Positions 60,997-64,000 of a stretch of 64,000 nt of DNA are shown one piece after another. The first letter of the stretch is position 1; every line of letters begins with the position of its first letter. This DNA comes from Promethearchaeia archaeon. Lineage in GTDB: Archaea; Asgardarchaeota; Lokiarchaeia; Sigyniarchaeales; SOKP01. A program made the translations under genes and the position numbers. The stretch is taken from positions 58,683-122,682 of the forward strand of contig JAHQWL010000072.1 in NCBI GenBank assembly GCA_029856155.1, in the 5' to 3' direction. The notes below the pieces were generated by a model. It was not told the DNA's origin and searched no databases. It worked only from the letters and a program-made list of their open reading frames with translations.

Positions 60997-61182
60997 CTAT
61001 TTATCAGAAAAAACGCTTTCACTATCTTTTTGATTTTCTAAAGCTATCATTGAAAGCATCTATATAACAAAAAATTGTCATTTCGTGCCTTTTTCTAAAC
61101 CTTCGTTCGCTAATTATAAAACAGTTTTAGCAGATTTTGCTTGGTATAGTCCATTGAACAAAAGAATTCTAAGACAACTCAT
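60997..61182 (-). pseudogene. DsrE/TusD-like sulfur-relay pseudogene remnant
   Basis: MSCLRILLFNGLYQAKSAKTVL*LANEGLEKG/HEMTIFCYIDA with a TAA at 61114-61116 and frameshifts; lies directly downstream of yeeE. Confidence 0.6.
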
Positions 61183-61205
61183 CTTTATCTAATCATCTCT
61201 AAAAT

Positions 61206-62234
61206 TTAACCTTCTCTCCACATAAATATTAGATAAGCTGCTATCCAACATCCTATTATTATGAAAGCACCTGTGACAATACTGTGTATTGAAAGCTGTG
61301 GCACTCCACCTAATATATTGGATATATTACATCCTCCTGCTGTCATAGCCCCAAATCCCATTAAACCTCCACCAAAAAATTGCTTCAATAACGTAAATCC
61401 ATCTGGAGCTCTAAACTTAAATTCTTTAGCGATAATGGAACTAATGAAAGATCCAAGGATAATTCCAATAATAATGAAACCAGACCACCCAACAATAGTT
61501 TCAGCAACAAGCCATTGATTTATTTGTCCCCAACCACAAATAAAACAAACAAACTCATTACTGGCAACATAGCTCGCAGTTAGGATTAAACCTATAAGAG
61601 TTCCAGTAACCCACCAAGGATATGCTTTTTTGAATATCGCTTCTTTAAAGTTTTCGAATTTTATCAGAGGTTCTTTTGTGCTTCTTTTTTTCTTAATTGC
61701 TGGCCATACCCAGAAGTAAAACATGAGAGCAATTCCTATTAAACCAACAATAAGCATAAATATTGGTGTTATCTCTGTATTAAATGGACCAAAAAGTGTA
61801 ATTTGTCCGAGATTTTCTGCTTGTAGGATAATTCTAGCATCGGCTAAAACTCCCCACGATGTCATGACTATGCCCAATGTAAATCCAATAGCTGCAACCA
61901 TATATCCCATCATCCCTTCTCCAATTCGATATGTAAATCCACTCGCACATCCCGCAGTAAGAACCATTCCAACCCCAAATATTAAACCACCTATTATTGC
62001 ACCCCATGGTTGAAAAGATTTTGGAGCTAAATCAATTACTCCTGCAAATGCAAAAATTGAAAACCCAATCATCAAAACAACCAATGAGACTGCGACGGCT
62101 TTTGCTAATCTAAATTCTTTTAAATATAATATATCTCTGAAGGCAGAGTTCATACAAAATCTTCCACGCTGCAATATAAAACCAAAAATGGCTCCAATTA
62201 TAAGCCCCGCAACTAATGCGTACCAAAAATCCAT
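61206..62234 (-). CDS. YeeE/YedE (TsuA-like) sulfur-compound transporter
   Basis: FGFILQRGRFC, FGVGMVLTAGC, GG.LMGFGA..AGGC; GGTGA SD. Confidence 0.92.
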   Translation of the reverse strand: MDFWYALVAGLIIGAIFGFILQRGRFCMNSAFRDILYLKEFRLAKAVAVSLVVLMIGFSIFAFAGVIDLAPKSFQPWGAIIGGLIFGVGMVLTAGCASGFTYRIGEGMMGYMVAAIGFTLGIVMTSWGVLADARIILQAENLGQITLFGPFNTEITPIFMLIVGLIGIALMFYFWVWPAIKKKRSTKEPLIKFENFKEAIFKKAYPWWVTGTLIGLILTASYVASNEFVCFICGWGQINQWLVAETIVGWSGFIIIGIILGSFISSIIAKEFKFRAPDGFTLLKQFFGGGLMGFGAMTAGGCNISNILGGVPQLSIHSIVTGAFIIIGCWIAAYLIFMWREG

Positions 62235-62512
62235 TTTTTTTCACCTTTTTTATTTGGACGAGAATTTTCTAAGAAGACTTTCCGGTTTTTAAAATTTTTA
62301 AAACTATTGAATTTGATTATTTAGCTTTTTTCTGTTAATATTGAATATGTTTTTAAATTAAAATTTTACTTTAGACTTGATCTAATTTAGTTTGAATAAA
62401 AATTATAATTCCTATAAATTAAAATATCTTAAAAAAGACTTTTAAAGTACTAAATAATTTCAAAAGGATGCAGAAAAAAAGATATAAATTATTAGTCATA
62501 GCTTTATTTTTA

Positions 62513-64000
62513 TTATAGAATAATACTCACTCCTATTGCATTTGAAAGCACCGCAGCAAAGAATATTTGAATAATGCTAAAAGAAATTATGATAACGGGA
62601 TAAAACGATTTTACATTTTTTAAGATTTTAGTATTTTGAATTATAACCAATAAGAAAATTATATACATGAATAAAACACTCGGGAAATGAGATATTCTCA
62701 TCGTTAATAACATCAGACTTATCATTATTATAATACTTGTAATTAACAAAACTCGATTTTTAGAACTCTCCGATTTTAAGTGGTTGAGCTTTGGATAAAT
62801 CACTTTTCGAAGTAAAATCTCAATTGATAAGAAAACAGGGAAAGCTAGGTATCCTAAAGTAATATGAACAACAAAATTTGAAGGCCAAATGAAACCAAAC
62901 GGGTAATAGTAAGAAAAGATCATATAAATTCCTATTAAATACACCGTACAAATAATTGTAAACACTATATATTTCAAATTCAATTGAGATTTTATAAATT
63001 CTAATAATTTATGTTTACTTCGCTCACTTTTAGGTTTTTTAAAGCGTAAAAATATTTTGATTAACGTATATAAAAGTATTATGTTTATTGAACCATAAAG
63101 AACTCCTTTTATACCAAAAATTCTCTCAAAGATTACCCAATTCAATAAGAAAGTACCAATATATAGAACTGTCTTAAGCATTTGTTTTCGCTTATTTGAA
63201 GTATTTAACAATGGTTCATAAATTAGTGAATCAGATTCCTCAGATTTTTGCTTTTTTCTAAATATTATTCGACTTGATACTGAAATAAGAGAGATGACAA
63301 TTGTGAATAATAAGATAATGTTTAAAAAAATTAATCCATAGTTCAAATAAAATGTGATAATAATTGGACCATTTATTGTAATAGAATTGAAAAAATGGGT
63401 TTCAAACCAATTAATTGAGTTGATAAGAACTATATCTGAAAATAATTGATGTCCTCCACCTAATAACGAGCCCGTTATTGGAATTACACTACAATTTGTT
63501 AATTCTTGTGCTTTTAATGCATTTTCAGTAAAATCTAAAGCTTCATCATCTAAATGCATAATTATTAATAGGTTATTAGTATTTTCCTCATTCAATAAAT
63601 TAACAGGAATATAATCAATGAGTTGTTCATTATACAAAAATCCATATTTCGGGGGAATAAAATTGACAAGTGGGGCTAGTGCAACAATTACTTGAAACCG
63701 TGGATCTAAAGCTTGATTCATAAGTACAACCATTCCTCCAAGTGAATGACCTATTAATCCAATCTGGGAAATATTTATCTTCGAATAAAAAAGCAAAGTT
63801 TCTAATTTATCTAAAAGCCTTGAACAATCTTGAGCTAGAGCTGGAATCCCTGTAATGGGATCTATATTATTTATATTTCCACCACTTTCACCATGACCTT
63901 GATAATCTAATGCAGCAACGTAAAAACCCCTCTTAGTAAATTCAATTGGTATTCTGAGGTCAAAATCTCGTTTTGAGGCTATACCATGGCAGTATATTAT
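62513..64000 (-). CDS. Alpha/beta hydrolase with a C-terminal multi-TM domain (5' end lies outside the window)
   Basis: Frame is open to the window edge: IIYCHG...GFYVAALDYQGHGESG...GHSLGG...GGGH, then TM helices. Confidence 0.85.
   Translation of the reverse strand: MIYCHGIASKRDFDLRIPIEFTKRGFYVAALDYQGHGESGGNINNIDPITGIPALAQDCSRLLDKLETLLFYSKINISQIGLIGHSLGGMVVLMNQALDPRFQVIVALAPLVNFIPPKYGFLYNEQLIDYIPVNLLNEENTNNLLIIMHLDDEALDFTENALKAQELTNCSVIPITGSLLGGGHQLFSDIVLINSINWFETHFFNSITINGPIIITFYLNYGLIFLNIILLFTIVISLISVSSRIIFRKKQKSEESDSLIYEPLLNTSNKRKQMLKTVLYIGTFLLNWVIFERIFGIKGVLYGSINIILLYTLIKIFLRFKKPKSERSKHKLLEFIKSQLNLKYIVFTIICTVYLIGIYMIFSYYYPFGFIWPSNFVVHITLGYLAFPVFLSIEILLRKVIYPKLNHLKSESSKNRVLLITSIIIMISLMLLTMRISHFPSVLFMYIIFLLVIIQNTKILKNVKSFYPVIIISFSIIQIFFAAVLSNAIGVSIIL

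Noticed and set aside
62240-62330. Possible TusA C-terminal remnant upstream of yeeE (IVLKILKTGKSS*KILVQ)
   Set aside because: Too short and AT-rich, with no CPxP motif

Overview
Strongly AT-rich archaeal chromosomal segment. The gene content points to an Asgard archaeon of the Lokiarchaeia type (inference): several Rab-like and Arf/Rag-like small GTPases, two Roadblock/LC7 genes, a single-domain gelsolin with a C-terminal extension, an EF-2 with an altered diphthamide loop and a Loki-CTERM-like surface protein. It also holds core genes (uvrA, aIF5B, CCA-adding enzyme, Taw1, TFB, and the rpoE1-spt4-DPCK-eS24-eS31-kae1-bud32 cluster), acetate/C1 genes (acs, a CoA-transferase-GNAT fusion, a corrinoid protein plus methyltransferase) and several decayed genes. 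The main finding is a 30-nt insertion with two in-frame stops inside a Roadblock/LC7 gene (47168-47575). It folds into a bulge-helix-bulge-type motif, and cutting at the standard tRNA-splicing-endonuclease positions gives a continuous 125-aa Roadblock ORF. It is therefore a candidate archaeal-type mRNA intron in a eukaryotic-signature gene. Other notable items: a degenerate duplicate of the acs 3' end that brackets the corrinoid/methyltransferase pair; a CoA-transferase-GNAT fusion lacking its catalytic Glu, divergent from acs; a pseudo-GTPase/alpha-solenoid giant protein; and a wHTH-like insertion in Taw1. No rRNA, tRNA, CRISPR array or transposase was recognised by eye. All family calls come from motif recognition; no searches were run.
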